Source of the DNA: Flavobacteriales bacterium
Lineage (GTDB): Bacteria; Bacteroidota; Bacteroidia; Flavobacteriales; Flavobacteriaceae
Assembly (NCBI GenBank): GCA_011525015.1
Contig: WTJC01000023.1
Coordinates: forward strand, 2,062-66,061
DNA length: 64,000 bases
Direction: 5' to 3'
The notes beneath the pieces are model-generated. The model had not been told where the DNA came from. It saw nothing but the letters and a program-made list of their open reading frames with translations, and did not search any database. The translations under genes and the position numbers were made by a program. Positions 10,238-18,311 of the stretch are shown here, one piece after another; the first letter of the stretch is position 1; every line of letters starts with the position of its first letter.

Positions 10238-12201
10238 GATAAGATCAATTCAAGATTATCAATTTGAGTAATAGGAGTTCCTGCCTCTTCAGATTGTTGG
10301 GTAACGATACCCTCACCTTTAATCTGAAATTCAACATCTAAATTCTTTAAAATCGCTCTTACATCATCCTTTTGCATTCCCAGAAAATTCGGCAACTCGA
10401 GCTGGTCAGTATTTGTCGGACCTAGTACGTCTTCTATTTGAGCTATAGAAATCTCAGAGATATATGGCGTTTCTGTCAATACGTTTTGGGCGATGGATTT
10501 AAACACCGGCCCAGCAACATCTGCACCATATATCTGCCGAGATTTGTCAGGTTTATCTATAACTACAATACATGAATATTTAGGGTTTTCTGCAGGAAAA
10601 TATCCTGCGAAAGAAGAGACGTAATTTAACTCATCCTCAACACTGTAATTTATTTGTGAGGTTCCGGTTTTACCGGCAAAAGTCAATTGACTCTCTTTTA
10701 ATTTACTCGCTGTTCCATAAGTTTTTTCAACCACATCTCTCAATAATTGCTGCGCAATTTGGATTGATTTTTTTGAGGCTATGGATGGATGGATTACTAC
10801 TTTATCAAATCGCTTAACAACCTGTCCCGCTTTTTGTACCGCCTCAGCAAATAAGGGACGTACTAATTCTCCGTCATTAGCTACCGCATTGTAATACGAA
10901 AGCATCTGCAATGGTGTTAGCTGTACCTCGTAACCAAAGGACATCCATGGCAAGGATAAACCAGACCATCCTGCATCTCCAGGATAACGAATGATAGGTT
11001 GGGTTTCTCCTTGAATGTCAATTCCCAGTTTTTGGTTCATTTGCATACTGTAGAGTCGATTTACAAATTGTTCAGGTCGACTTTTGTACCCTTGATGAAT
11101 CATTTCTGCAAATGCAGTATTTGAAGAAACTGCGAAAGCTTTGGCCAAACTAATAGGTCCATAGCCGCCGAGTTTTGAATCTTTGACATGCTTACCATAA
11201 ACGGTGTATTTTCCATATGGTGCATGGAAAATCTTTGAAGTGTCAGCCACCTTATCTTCTAGTGCTGCGAGCAAGCTGATCAGCTTAAAAGTAGAACCGG
11301 GTTCATATCTCGAATTAATGGCATAATTAAAGTCTTCTTTATAACTGCCATCTTCTTGTAAATTGAGGTTAGACATCGCTCGAATTGCACCTGTTTTTAC
11401 TTCCATAACGATGGCAACTCCGCGCTCAGCTTGATGTTTTTCTAAGGCTTCTACGAGCGCCTGATGTGTAGCATCTTGAATATTGCTATTTACTGTGCTG
11501 ATTAAATCAAGACCATCAGTAGCATTTGTAATTACCTCTACCGTTTTTGTAATATTCGTTTTTAGGTTATGTACGCGTTTAGAACCGTCTTTTCCTGCTA
11601 AAATATCGTGATGAAAAGCACCTTCCATACCAAGCATATACTCCTCTTTTTCGCGAACTTCATAGCGTCCAATAAGACGGCGTGCCATTTGACCGAACGG
11701 ATATACACGATGCGTTTCACGTTTCCAAATAAATCCTCCGACCAGACGTTCTAAATTGAAGAGTGGAAAGTTTTGAACACGCTTAAATTCGGCATGCGAT
11801 ACATTTTGAGCAATTGCAATGTGCTGATCTCCATTTTTTCGAGCCCGCTCGATTTTAGCGAGCCACTGCCCTTTGGTAGCGTTTGAAATCCGTGATAATG
11901 AATCAGCTAAGGCGTATTTGTGACGATTAAAAAGTGCTTCTTTGGCTACCTGTGGATCAAAAGACATATTGTAATTCGATACACTGACTGCAAGCAGAGC
12001 TCCGTCTTGGGTGAATACACGACCCCTTCTCGCTTTGATATCCTGTGTTTTTACTGGAGTAAATCTCGCTGTTCTTTCGAGTTCCCCTGTTTCTACAAAT
12101 TGGTAACTGACCAATTTGAAAACGATAGCAAGACCAAAACAAAGCAATACCGCAACGAATGCAAGGAGTTTTAAACTTATATTTCTTTCTGAGGCTTTCA
12201 T
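10234..12201 (-). CDS. ftsI: Class B penicillin-binding protein / septal transpeptidase (FtsI-like) with a C-terminal PASTA-like domain
   Basis: 655 aa with an N-terminal TM segment, transpeptidase motifs STFK, SSN and KTGTS, and a small C-terminal domain of about 60 aa (LELPNFLGMQKDDV...). Confidence 0.9.
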   Translation of the reverse strand: MKASERNISLKLLAFVAVLLCFGLAIVFKLVSYQFVETGELERTARFTPVKTQDIKARRGRVFTQDGALLAVSVSNYNMSFDPQVAKEALFNRHKYALADSLSRISNATKGQWLAKIERARKNGDQHIAIAQNVSHAEFKRVQNFPLFNLERLVGGFIWKRETHRVYPFGQMARRLIGRYEVREKEEYMLGMEGAFHHDILAGKDGSKRVHNLKTNITKTVEVITNATDGLDLISTVNSNIQDATHQALVEALEKHQAERGVAIVMEVKTGAIRAMSNLNLQEDGSYKEDFNYAINSRYEPGSTFKLISLLAALEDKVADTSKIFHAPYGKYTVYGKHVKDSKLGGYGPISLAKAFAVSSNTAFAEMIHQGYKSRPEQFVNRLYSMQMNQKLGIDIQGETQPIIRYPGDAGWSGLSLPWMSFGYEVQLTPLQMLSYYNAVANDGELVRPLFAEAVQKAGQVVKRFDKVVIHPSIASKKSIQIAQQLLRDVVEKTYGTASKLKESQLTFAGKTGTSQINYSVEDELNYVSSFAGYFPAENPKYSCIVVIDKPDKSRQIYGADVAGPVFKSIAQNVLTETPYISEISIAQIEDVLGPTNTDQLELPNFLGMQKDDVRAILKNLDVEFQIKGEGIVTQQSEEAGTPITQIDNLELILS

Positions 12202-12512
12202 CTGTTTACAACCACAATTTTTTCAATAGGTTTTTCAATAGGTTTCAATCCGAAAGGCTCAAGCTCATTTTCGAGCTGAGAAGAGAGTCTGCTTTTTTGC
12301 ACCTGTTGTTTTAAATCGATATAATCACTTTGCAACACATTAATTTCATCGTTGAGTTGCTTTATTTTAAAAGCCTTAAAATCACTTTGATTAGAGAGGG
12401 TGATTCCGATAAAGCCAATGGCAATTAAAAAAGCGAAGATTTGGATGGTCGCTTTGGAATTCGTACCAAAGAACACTCTCAAGGTTAGGATGTCTATTAT
12501 TTTTGCCTTCAT
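12198..12512 (-). CDS. FtsL-like small bitopic cell division protein
   Basis: 104 aa with one TM segment (IFAFLIAIGFIGITL) followed by a coiled-coil-like stretch. It occupies the ftsL slot between rsmH and ftsI. The call is by position and architecture only. Confidence 0.65.
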   Translation of the reverse strand: MKAKIIDILTLRVFFGTNSKATIQIFAFLIAIGFIGITLSNQSDFKAFKIKQLNDEINVLQSDYIDLKQQVQKSRLSSQLENELEPFGLKPIEKPIEKIVVVNR

Positions 12513-13417
12513 TATACTTTTTCTGCGATTCGCATTTTAGCACTGCGTGCACGGTTGTTTTGTTCTAATTCAGAAGAAGTCGGTCTGAGCATTCTTCCTA
12601 TTCGTTTAAAATAGAGGTCTGGATTTCCGTAAAAGTCTTTGCGAATTTGACCGTCGATGTGCCCAGATCTGATAAATCTTTTTACCAAGCGGTCTTCTAA
12701 AGAATGATATGAAATGACCACTAAACGACCTTTAGTATCAATAAGGTTGTTCAATTGAAGCAAGAAGGATTCCAAGGATGCCAATTCTTGATTGACCTCT
12801 ACACGGATCCCTTGAAAAAGCTGTGCAAGTAACTTGCTCTTCTTAGATTCAGGTGTCAGATGCGCCACGGCATCAATAAGTTCAAAGGTCGTATTGATTT
12901 CGGCTTTTTTACGTCTTGAAATAATAGCCTCTGTCCACTGAGGTGCATTACTGAGCTCTGCATAGGCATAGAGCAATTTCGTAAGTGATTCAGCCGAATA
13001 TGAATTTACTACTCGATGCGCTGTCAGTTCTGAAGTCTGATCCATTCGCATATCTAAAGGCGCGTCAAAACGAATTGAAAAACCTCTAGCACCAAAATCA
13101 AATTGATGAGAAGAAACCCCAAGATCGGCCAATACACCATCTACTTTATCTACACCGTAGAGCTTTAAAAAATTAGTTGCAAAGGCGAAATTGGATGCGA
13201 TGAACGTCAATCGAGGATCGTCTATGACATTGTTTTGAGCATCAATATCCTGATCAAAAACAAAAAGGCGTCCTTCCTCATTGAGGTGTTTTAAAATTTC
13301 TCGAGAATGACCACCACCTCCAAAGGTAGCATCCACATACACACCCGAAGCTTTAATAGCCAAACCCTCAATGGATTCTTTAAGCATAACAGGTATGTGG
13401 TAAGTGTTAATCGTCAT
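12512..13417 (-). CDS. rsmH: 16S rRNA (cytosine1402-N4)-methyltransferase
   Basis: 301 aa with the signature HIPVML...DATFGGGGHS...DLGVSS of MraW/RsmH. Confidence 0.95.
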   Translation of the reverse strand: MTINTYHIPVMLKESIEGLAIKASGVYVDATFGGGGHSREILKHLNEEGRLFVFDQDIDAQNNVIDDPRLTFIASNFAFATNFLKLYGVDKVDGVLADLGVSSHQFDFGARGFSIRFDAPLDMRMDQTSELTAHRVVNSYSAESLTKLLYAYAELSNAPQWTEAIISRRKKAEINTTFELIDAVAHLTPESKKSKLLAQLFQGIRVEVNQELASLESFLLQLNNLIDTKGRLVVISYHSLEDRLVKRFIRSGHIDGQIRKDFYGNPDLYFKRIGRMLRPTSSELEQNNRARSAKMRIAEKV

Positions 13418-13859
13418 CTGAGAAAATATCTTCTGCCAAGTCGGCGTAGTTGTTTTGACCTTGTTCTAGGACCTCTTCATACATCTCTTTATCCCAAATT
13501 TCAATGCGATCGATAACGGCACTTAGAACAACTTCTTTTTTAAGGCCTGCAAAAGCCACTAGAGATTTTGGGATTTGCATTCGGCCGTGTTCTTCAATTT
13601 GTAAAGGTTGGGTGCCGGCGAGAAAGTTTCTTAAAAAGGTGTCATAGGATCTTGAAAACCTATTTTTCTTCAAAATCTTTTCCATCAACTCGTCATAGGC
13701 TTCCTTAGGATAGAGTTCTAAACAATTTTGAAAAACAGATCGCTTGATCACAAATCCTTTTTCAAGGATGGGCAATAGCTGGGACTTGAGTGAAACAGGC
13801 AGTGTCACTCTTCCTTTGGCATCAGCCTTACAGTCGTATTGTCCAATAATGTGAAGCAT
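13407..13859 (-). CDS. mraZ: Transcriptional regulator MraZ
   Basis: 150 aa with two SpoVT/AbrB-like halves (DAKGRVTLP and EHGRMQIP). It is the first gene of the dcw cluster. Confidence 0.92.
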   Translation of the reverse strand: MLHIIGQYDCKADAKGRVTLPVSLKSQLLPILEKGFVIKRSVFQNCLELYPKEAYDELMEKILKKNRFSRSYDTFLRNFLAGTQPLQIEEHGRMQIPKSLVAFAGLKKEVVLSAVIDRIEIWDKEMYEEVLEQGQNNYADLAEDIFSDDD

Positions 13860-13883
13860 TTATTCAGTATCGTTCTATCTATC

Positions 13884-13891
13884 CAAATATA
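13884..13891 (-). promoter_or_regulatory. Candidate Bacteroidetes-type -7 promoter box (TATATTTG) for mraZ/dcw
   Basis: The minus strand reads TATATTTG, matching the TAnnTTTG consensus, 24 nt upstream of the mraZ ATG at 13859. Confidence 0.45.
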
Positions 13892-13902
13892 ATTCATTTA
13901 TG

Positions 13903-13937
13903 TACACATTTTTACACTTTTTTACACTTTTATCCAC
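13903..13937 (-). promoter_or_regulatory. Putative MraZ operator: four direct GTG[G/T]A repeats with 10-bp phasing
   Basis: The minus strand reads GTGGA-TAAAA-GTGTA-AAAAA-GTGTA-AAAAT-GTGTA, with repeat 5' ends at 13937, 13927, 13917 and 13907. This is the same architecture as the GTGGG-N5 repeats bound by E. coli MraZ. Confidence 0.6.
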
Positions 13938-13990
13938 AATTTGATGTTTTTTTGAATTTTGATTAAAAAAATTAATTAGAACGAATTACC

Positions 13991-13998
13991 TATATTTG
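13991..13998 (+). promoter_or_regulatory. Candidate -7 box (TATATTTG) for the hydrolase/engB unit
   Basis: TAnnTTTG match 11 nt upstream of the ATG at 14010. This implies a very short leader. No clear -33 TTTG at proper spacing. Confidence 0.3.
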
Positions 13999-14009
13999 AA
14001 ATTCCTCAA

Positions 14010-14789
14010 ATGAAGACTATGACCACAGAAGGGCTAATCAAGAAAGAAGGGCAGTTTCAGTACTTAGAAGTTGGCGACGGAACGCCAATTGTTGTGCTTC
14101 ACGGATTGATGGGAGGATTGAGCAATTTTGAAGCTGTAGTGGATTTTTTTCCGAGCCAAAATTATAAGGTAGTCATTCCAGAACTACCCATCTATGATAT
14201 GCCACTTACCAAAACAACGGTAAAAGAGTTTGCACTTTATCTCAAATCATTTTTAGAATTCAAGAAATTTGATTCTGTTATTTTATTGGGTAATTCCCTT
14301 GGAGGACATATTGGTCTTCTACACACCAAACTCAATCCAGATCCTGTAAAAGCGCTTGTGATTACTGGCAGCTCTGGGCTTTATGAAAACAGTATGGGTG
14401 ATGGCTATCCCAAAAGAGGAGACTATAACTTTATCAAGGCAAAAGCTGAGGAAGTTTTTTACGATCCTAAGGTAGCCACTAAAGAAATCGTTGATGAAGT
14501 CTTCGCTACGGTGAATGATAGAATGAAATTGGTTAAGACCTTGGCCATTGCCAAGAGTGCAATCCGCCACAATATGGCAAAAGACCTGCCAAATATTAAA
14601 ACACCTACCTGTATTATTTGGGGTAAGAATGATATTGTCACTCCCCCTAAGGTAGCCGACGAATTCAATGAACTTCTTCCGAACTCTGACTTGTTTTGGG
14701 TAGAAAAATGTGGACATGCACCTATGATGGAGCATCCTCAGTTATTCAATGAAATTCTCTTTGACTGGCTGAACTCTAGAAACATCTAA
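14010..14789 (+). CDS. Alpha/beta-fold hydrolase
   Basis: 259 aa with HGLMGG (oxyanion region), nucleophile elbow GNSLGGH and C-terminal CGHAPMMEHP. Confidence 0.85.
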   Translation: MKTMTTEGLIKKEGQFQYLEVGDGTPIVVLHGLMGGLSNFEAVVDFFPSQNYKVVIPELPIYDMPLTKTTVKEFALYLKSFLEFKKFDSVILLGNSLGGHIGLLHTKLNPDPVKALVITGSSGLYENSMGDGYPKRGDYNFIKAKAEEVFYDPKVATKEIVDEVFATVNDRMKLVKTLAIAKSAIRHNMAKDLPNIKTPTCIIWGKNDIVTPPKVADEFNELLPNSDLFWVEKCGHAPMMEHPQLFNEILFDWLNSRNI

Positions 14790-14797
14790 GAATTCCC

Positions 14798-15409
14798 GTG
14801 AAAATCAATTCTGCAAAATTTGTGATGAGCAATAGTCAGGTCGACCAATGCCCTAAAAACGCATTGCCTGAATACGCTTTTATAGGAAGATCAAATGTAG
14901 GTAAGTCCTCTTTGATCAATATGATTGCCAATCAAAAAAATCTTGCAAAGACTTCAGGTAGACCCGGTAAGACCCAGCTGATCAATCACTTTTTAATCAA
15001 CGAGAATTGGTTTTTAGTAGATCTTCCGGGCTATGGTTACGCTAAGGTATCCAAATCAAATCGCAGGGAATTTGCCAAACTGATCAAAGCCTATTTTACG
15101 AAGAGAACCCAACTCATATGCGCCTTTGTGCTCATAGATATAAGACATAGTGCGCAAAAGATCGATTTAGAATTTATGGCCTGGCTGAATGAATTAGGTA
15201 TTGCCTTTTATATTGTATTTACAAAGTCAGACAAATTGAAAAGCGATCAAATTCAGGCTGCGGTAGATCAGTACAACAAAGAACTTGAAGAGCACGGTTG
15301 GCTGGAATGCCCAAAATCTTTTATTACCTCTTCTACCAAGTACTTAGGAAAAGAAGAGCTCTTAAATGAAATCGGACGATTGAACCAAGAGGTATTCAAG
15401 TCTCAATAG
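14798..15409 (+). CDS. engB: Ribosome biogenesis GTP-binding protein YsxC/EngB
   Basis: 203 aa, apparent GTG start. G1 motif GRSNVGKSSLIN, G3 DLPGYG, G4 TKSDK. Confidence 0.9.
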   Translation: MKINSAKFVMSNSQVDQCPKNALPEYAFIGRSNVGKSSLINMIANQKNLAKTSGRPGKTQLINHFLINENWFLVDLPGYGYAKVSKSNRREFAKLIKAYFTKRTQLICAFVLIDIRHSAQKIDLEFMAWLNELGIAFYIVFTKSDKLKSDQIQAAVDQYNKELEEHGWLECPKSFITSSTKYLGKEELLNEIGRLNQEVFKSQ

Positions 15410-15414
15410 AAATC

Positions 15415-15750
15415 CTATTGGTTTAAGTTTAGTTTTTCTGCGAAATAGGCGCAAAAATCTTTCAATGTTTCAGTCATTTTTTCATCCTGTGTGGCCCTGT
15501 AGTAGGTGTCACTCATACTGACCAAGGTTTGATGAAAAAATACTTTCATTTGATCTACTGGCATATCCTTTGTCCATAAATCAATTCTCAAAGATTCTTG
15601 AGCATTGTGATCCCAAACAGATAACATCATTGCCTTAGCAGACTGATCGGTTACTCCCCCATCTTCGGCAGACCAATTCAGCGCTTCTGGAACTTTGTTC
15701 TCATCTAAACCTACTTCTACTGAAATTTTTGATTTGTGTTGTACTGCCAT
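15415..15750 (-). CDS. gldC: Gliding motility-associated protein GldC
   Basis: 111 aa small soluble protein immediately downstream of gldB, the arrangement known from Flavobacterium johnsoniae. Recognised by eye from size, position and general sequence character. Confidence 0.7.
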   Translation of the reverse strand: MAVQHKSKISVEVGLDENKVPEALNWSAEDGGVTDQSAKAMMLSVWDHNAQESLRIDLWTKDMPVDQMKVFFHQTLVSMSDTYYRATQDEKMTETLKDFCAYFAEKLNLNQ

Positions 15751-15754
15751 GCTT

Positions 15755-16720
15755 TTATCTTTTGGGTTTGTAATTTGATTGTTTGAGAAGTGTTATCGCA
15801 TCGAGGGCGATGAGCTCATTTATATTGGTGTTTTTGTACTTATCCATGTACTGCTCCACAATTTGGTAACCGATGAATCTACCGATTCTCGAAGGGGATT
15901 CCAGATCTATTTGAAGGCCAAACTTAGAAAATGGACCTAAATCTAAAAATCGCTTTTCCAATTCTTTATCTGTACTGTATATAAAGTCATTTTCTAAAAA
16001 ATAACTCCAAACTTGTCTTTCATTGGCCTGAGACCATTGGTATGCTTCTTCAGCATATCCCAGGTGTACCGCATTAGATGCGCCAGGGTTCAATAAAGAC
16101 TTGATATAAGCCTCTTTTCCGTATTGTATCATTTTGTATAAGAACTGCCTGTTACTCGTGAAAGGCAACTGAGATTTTACTAAAACAGCACTGACATCAG
16201 AAGCGAGATATCTTCGGTCCAAAAGTTCTCTTTGATAAACGGGTATCCCTTCATAGAAATAGTGGTCTTTACCCAGATAAGAATCCAGACCTATAAAAAG
16301 CAAGCTGTCGGCATAGAGAACTCTGTTTTTGTAATCGACCTTTGAAACGAGGGTTAATACTTTAGGAGCGTGTGTTTTAAAGTACTTTTCGAAATTGTTA
16401 AATACCTCAGCCAACTCGTATTTATAGGTCATGTCGCCATCGTAAATTTTAGCTACTTCTTGCTCAAGTTCCTTTTGGAGAGCGTCATTTTCAATCTTAT
16501 CTAGCCAAACCTCATCTTCTACTTCAGCTGGAAACATAAAAGGAAAATCTTGTTTTATGTCGTTTAACTCATCTGCGGTAGTTTGTGCAAATAATGAATC
16601 AAAGCGAACGAGTTTAAGATTTGATAAATCCTTAGGATTCATCGCGTTATTATTATTTTCTTGACAACTTTGGGTTATCAGGATTGCGAAAACCACAAAA
16701 CTTAAGCCTAAGTACTTCAT
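15755..16720 (-). CDS. gldB: Gliding motility lipoprotein GldB
   Basis: The ORF track starts at 16780. I prefer the ATG at 16720 (MKYLGLSFVVFAILITQSCQ..., a lipoprotein signal with Cys), because a -7 box lies inside the longer version. Paired with gldC. Confidence 0.75.
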   Translation of the reverse strand: MKYLGLSFVVFAILITQSCQENNNNAMNPKDLSNLKLVRFDSLFAQTTADELNDIKQDFPFMFPAEVEDEVWLDKIENDALQKELEQEVAKIYDGDMTYKYELAEVFNNFEKYFKTHAPKVLTLVSKVDYKNRVLYADSLLFIGLDSYLGKDHYFYEGIPVYQRELLDRRYLASDVSAVLVKSQLPFTSNRQFLYKMIQYGKEAYIKSLLNPGASNAVHLGYAEEAYQWSQANERQVWSYFLENDFIYSTDKELEKRFLDLGPFSKFGLQIDLESPSRIGRFIGYQIVEQYMDKYKNTNINELIALDAITLLKQSNYKPKR

Positions 16721-16766
16721 TTTATTGGTGTTTACTTTTAATTGAGGCATGTCTCCTTTAATTTTA

Positions 16767-16774
16767 CAAAGGTA
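16767..16774 (-). promoter_or_regulatory. Candidate -7 box (TACCTTTG) for gldB-gldC
   Basis: The minus strand matches TAnnTTTG, 46 nt upstream of the preferred gldB ATG at 16720. Confidence 0.35.
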
Positions 16775-16785
16775 TTTCAAATGCT

Positions 16786-17574
16786 ATGAAAACAACAGCG
16801 GTCTTCGAACATATTCAAAACTGGCTACAAGATTATTTAAGCAATGCAAAAGCCAAAGGCTTTGTAGTTGGAGTATCTGGCGGTATTGACTCAGCATTGA
16901 CCTCAACACTTTGCGCCCACACCAAAGCACCTGTACTTTGTCTTGAAATGCCTATACACCAAGGAGAAAATCAAGTCAGTCGCGCCAGCGAGCACATTGA
17001 TTGGCTTCAAAGTAAGTTTCCAAATGTCTCGAGAATTGAAATTCAACTCACCGATTTGTACGATGAATTTATCGATCTGATACCAGAGGCTTCAGACAAG
17101 GATCGTCAAAACTTAGCACTGGCCAATACGCGTGCGCGTTTCAGAATGTCCACCCTGTATTATTTTGCTGGTTTGAACAATTATCTTGTCGCAGGTACCG
17201 GAAATAAGGTAGAGGATTTTGGAGTCGGTTTTTACACCAAATACGGTGACGGCGGAGTAGATTTAAGCCCAATTGCCGACCTACTTAAAACAGAAGTTTA
17301 TGAATTGGCCGCATCTTTAGGCGTACAAAAAAGTATTTTAGAAGCTCCACCTACTGACGGTCTTTGGGGTGATCATCGCACAGACGAAGATCAGATTGGC
17401 GCATCTTATCCGGAGTTAGAATGGGCTATGCAAATGCACAAGGAAAACAAAGTTATCTCTGATTTTGAAGGAAGAGAACGAGAAGTTTTTGAAATCTATA
17501 CGCGATTTCACAATGCGAATAAACACAAGATGCTTCCTATTCCTGTTTGCGAAATTCCTGAGGAATTCAAATAA
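16786..17574 (+). CDS. nadE: Ammonia-dependent NAD+ synthetase
   Basis: 262 aa with the PP-loop GVSGGIDSAL and an NAD synthase fold pattern. Confidence 0.92.
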   Translation: MKTTAVFEHIQNWLQDYLSNAKAKGFVVGVSGGIDSALTSTLCAHTKAPVLCLEMPIHQGENQVSRASEHIDWLQSKFPNVSRIEIQLTDLYDEFIDLIPEASDKDRQNLALANTRARFRMSTLYYFAGLNNYLVAGTGNKVEDFGVGFYTKYGDGGVDLSPIADLLKTEVYELAASLGVQKSILEAPPTDGLWGDHRTDEDQIGASYPELEWAMQMHKENKVISDFEGREREVFEIYTRFHNANKHKMLPIPVCEIPEEFK

Positions 17575-17680
17575 TCTGGTTCAATTTGCAATACATCCTT
17601 TTTTTATACATTCTACCGAATCTTCTCCATTTTATGTAATATAAGTACCACATTTATTCTTAGAACCTAAAAAGAATATT

Positions 17681-18310
17681 GTGATAAACGTAGTAATAGC
17701 CGACCCACATCCTATTATACAGCTCGGACTTAAAGAGCTTTTAAGCACTTCATCGAGTATTAATATTGTAGGAACCGTTTCCAATACAGAAGAATTATTC
17801 GAAACCATCAATAAAAAAATGGTAGAGATTGTCATCATGGAGCTCGATCTTCCGGACAGTCACGGAATCAGTTCTTTAAGAAGATTAAAGTCAGAATTTC
17901 CCCATGTAAAATCGCTGATTTTCAGTTCACAATCTGAAGATGTATACGCCCTTTCTATGATTAGAGCAGGAGCATCAGGTTACATTTGTAAAACTGGAGA
18001 TCTTGAAATCGTAGAACACGCTGTACTTAAAATAAGTGCTGGAGGCATGTTCATCACAAACGAACTCGCTCAGAAATTAGCCTTAGAAAGCAATACTGAA
18101 AACAGCAGAAAGTATTTCAGAAAACTCTCTACCAGAGAAGTTGAAGTGCTAAAGATGTTGGCTAGTGGAAAGCGAAACAAAGAAGTAGCCGAAGGACTCA
18201 ATCTCAACGAGAAAACAGTAAGTACCTATAAGGCTAGATTGATGCGTAAATTGAACGTGTCGAATATGGTTGATTTATTGAAACAGGCTGAAGCACTCGA
18301 GCTCTACTAA
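17681..18310 (+). CDS. NarL/FixJ (LuxR)-type response regulator, atypical receiver, no adjacent histidine kinase
   Basis: 209 aa, GTG start. N-terminal receiver domain and C-terminal LuxR HTH (LSTREVEVLKMLASGKRNKEVAEGLNLNEKTVSTYKARLMRKL). Receiver acceptor region reads VIMELDLPDSHG (see finding). Confidence 0.85.
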   Translation: MINVVIADPHPIIQLGLKELLSTSSSINIVGTVSNTEELFETINKKMVEIVIMELDLPDSHGISSLRRLKSEFPHVKSLIFSSQSEDVYALSMIRAGASGYICKTGDLEIVEHAVLKISAGGMFITNELAQKLALESNTENSRKYFRKLSTREVEVLKMLASGKRNKEVAEGLNLNEKTVSTYKARLMRKLNVSNMVDLLKQAEALELY

Positions 18311-18311
18311 A

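Noticed and set aside
14319-14735. A 138-aa minus-strand ORF inside the alpha/beta hydrolase gene. Comparable shadow ORFs are 21734..22111 (in rlmN), 42760..43074 (in etfB), 45295..45630 (in the nucleoside transporter) and 62157..62498 (in GH3).
   Set aside because: They are antisense to well-supported CDSs, have no motifs, and have no independent promoter or terminator context.
15404-15420. A small inverted repeat, CAATAG-AAATC-CTATTG, formed by the convergent engB and gldC stop codons, considered as a bidirectional terminator.
   Set aside because: It is only a 6-bp A/T-rich stem with no flanking U or A runs, which is too weak to call.
16721-16780. N-terminally extended ORF-track starts: gldB 16780, tyrA 28740, etfA 43050, murI 48569, second skp 50031, CBS 55740, hydrolase 56447.
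   Set aside because: In each case the extension overlaps the upstream gene, a promoter box or a terminator hairpin. An internal start restores a canonical N-terminus (signal peptide, Rossmann loop or conserved first residues). The shorter versions were therefore annotated.
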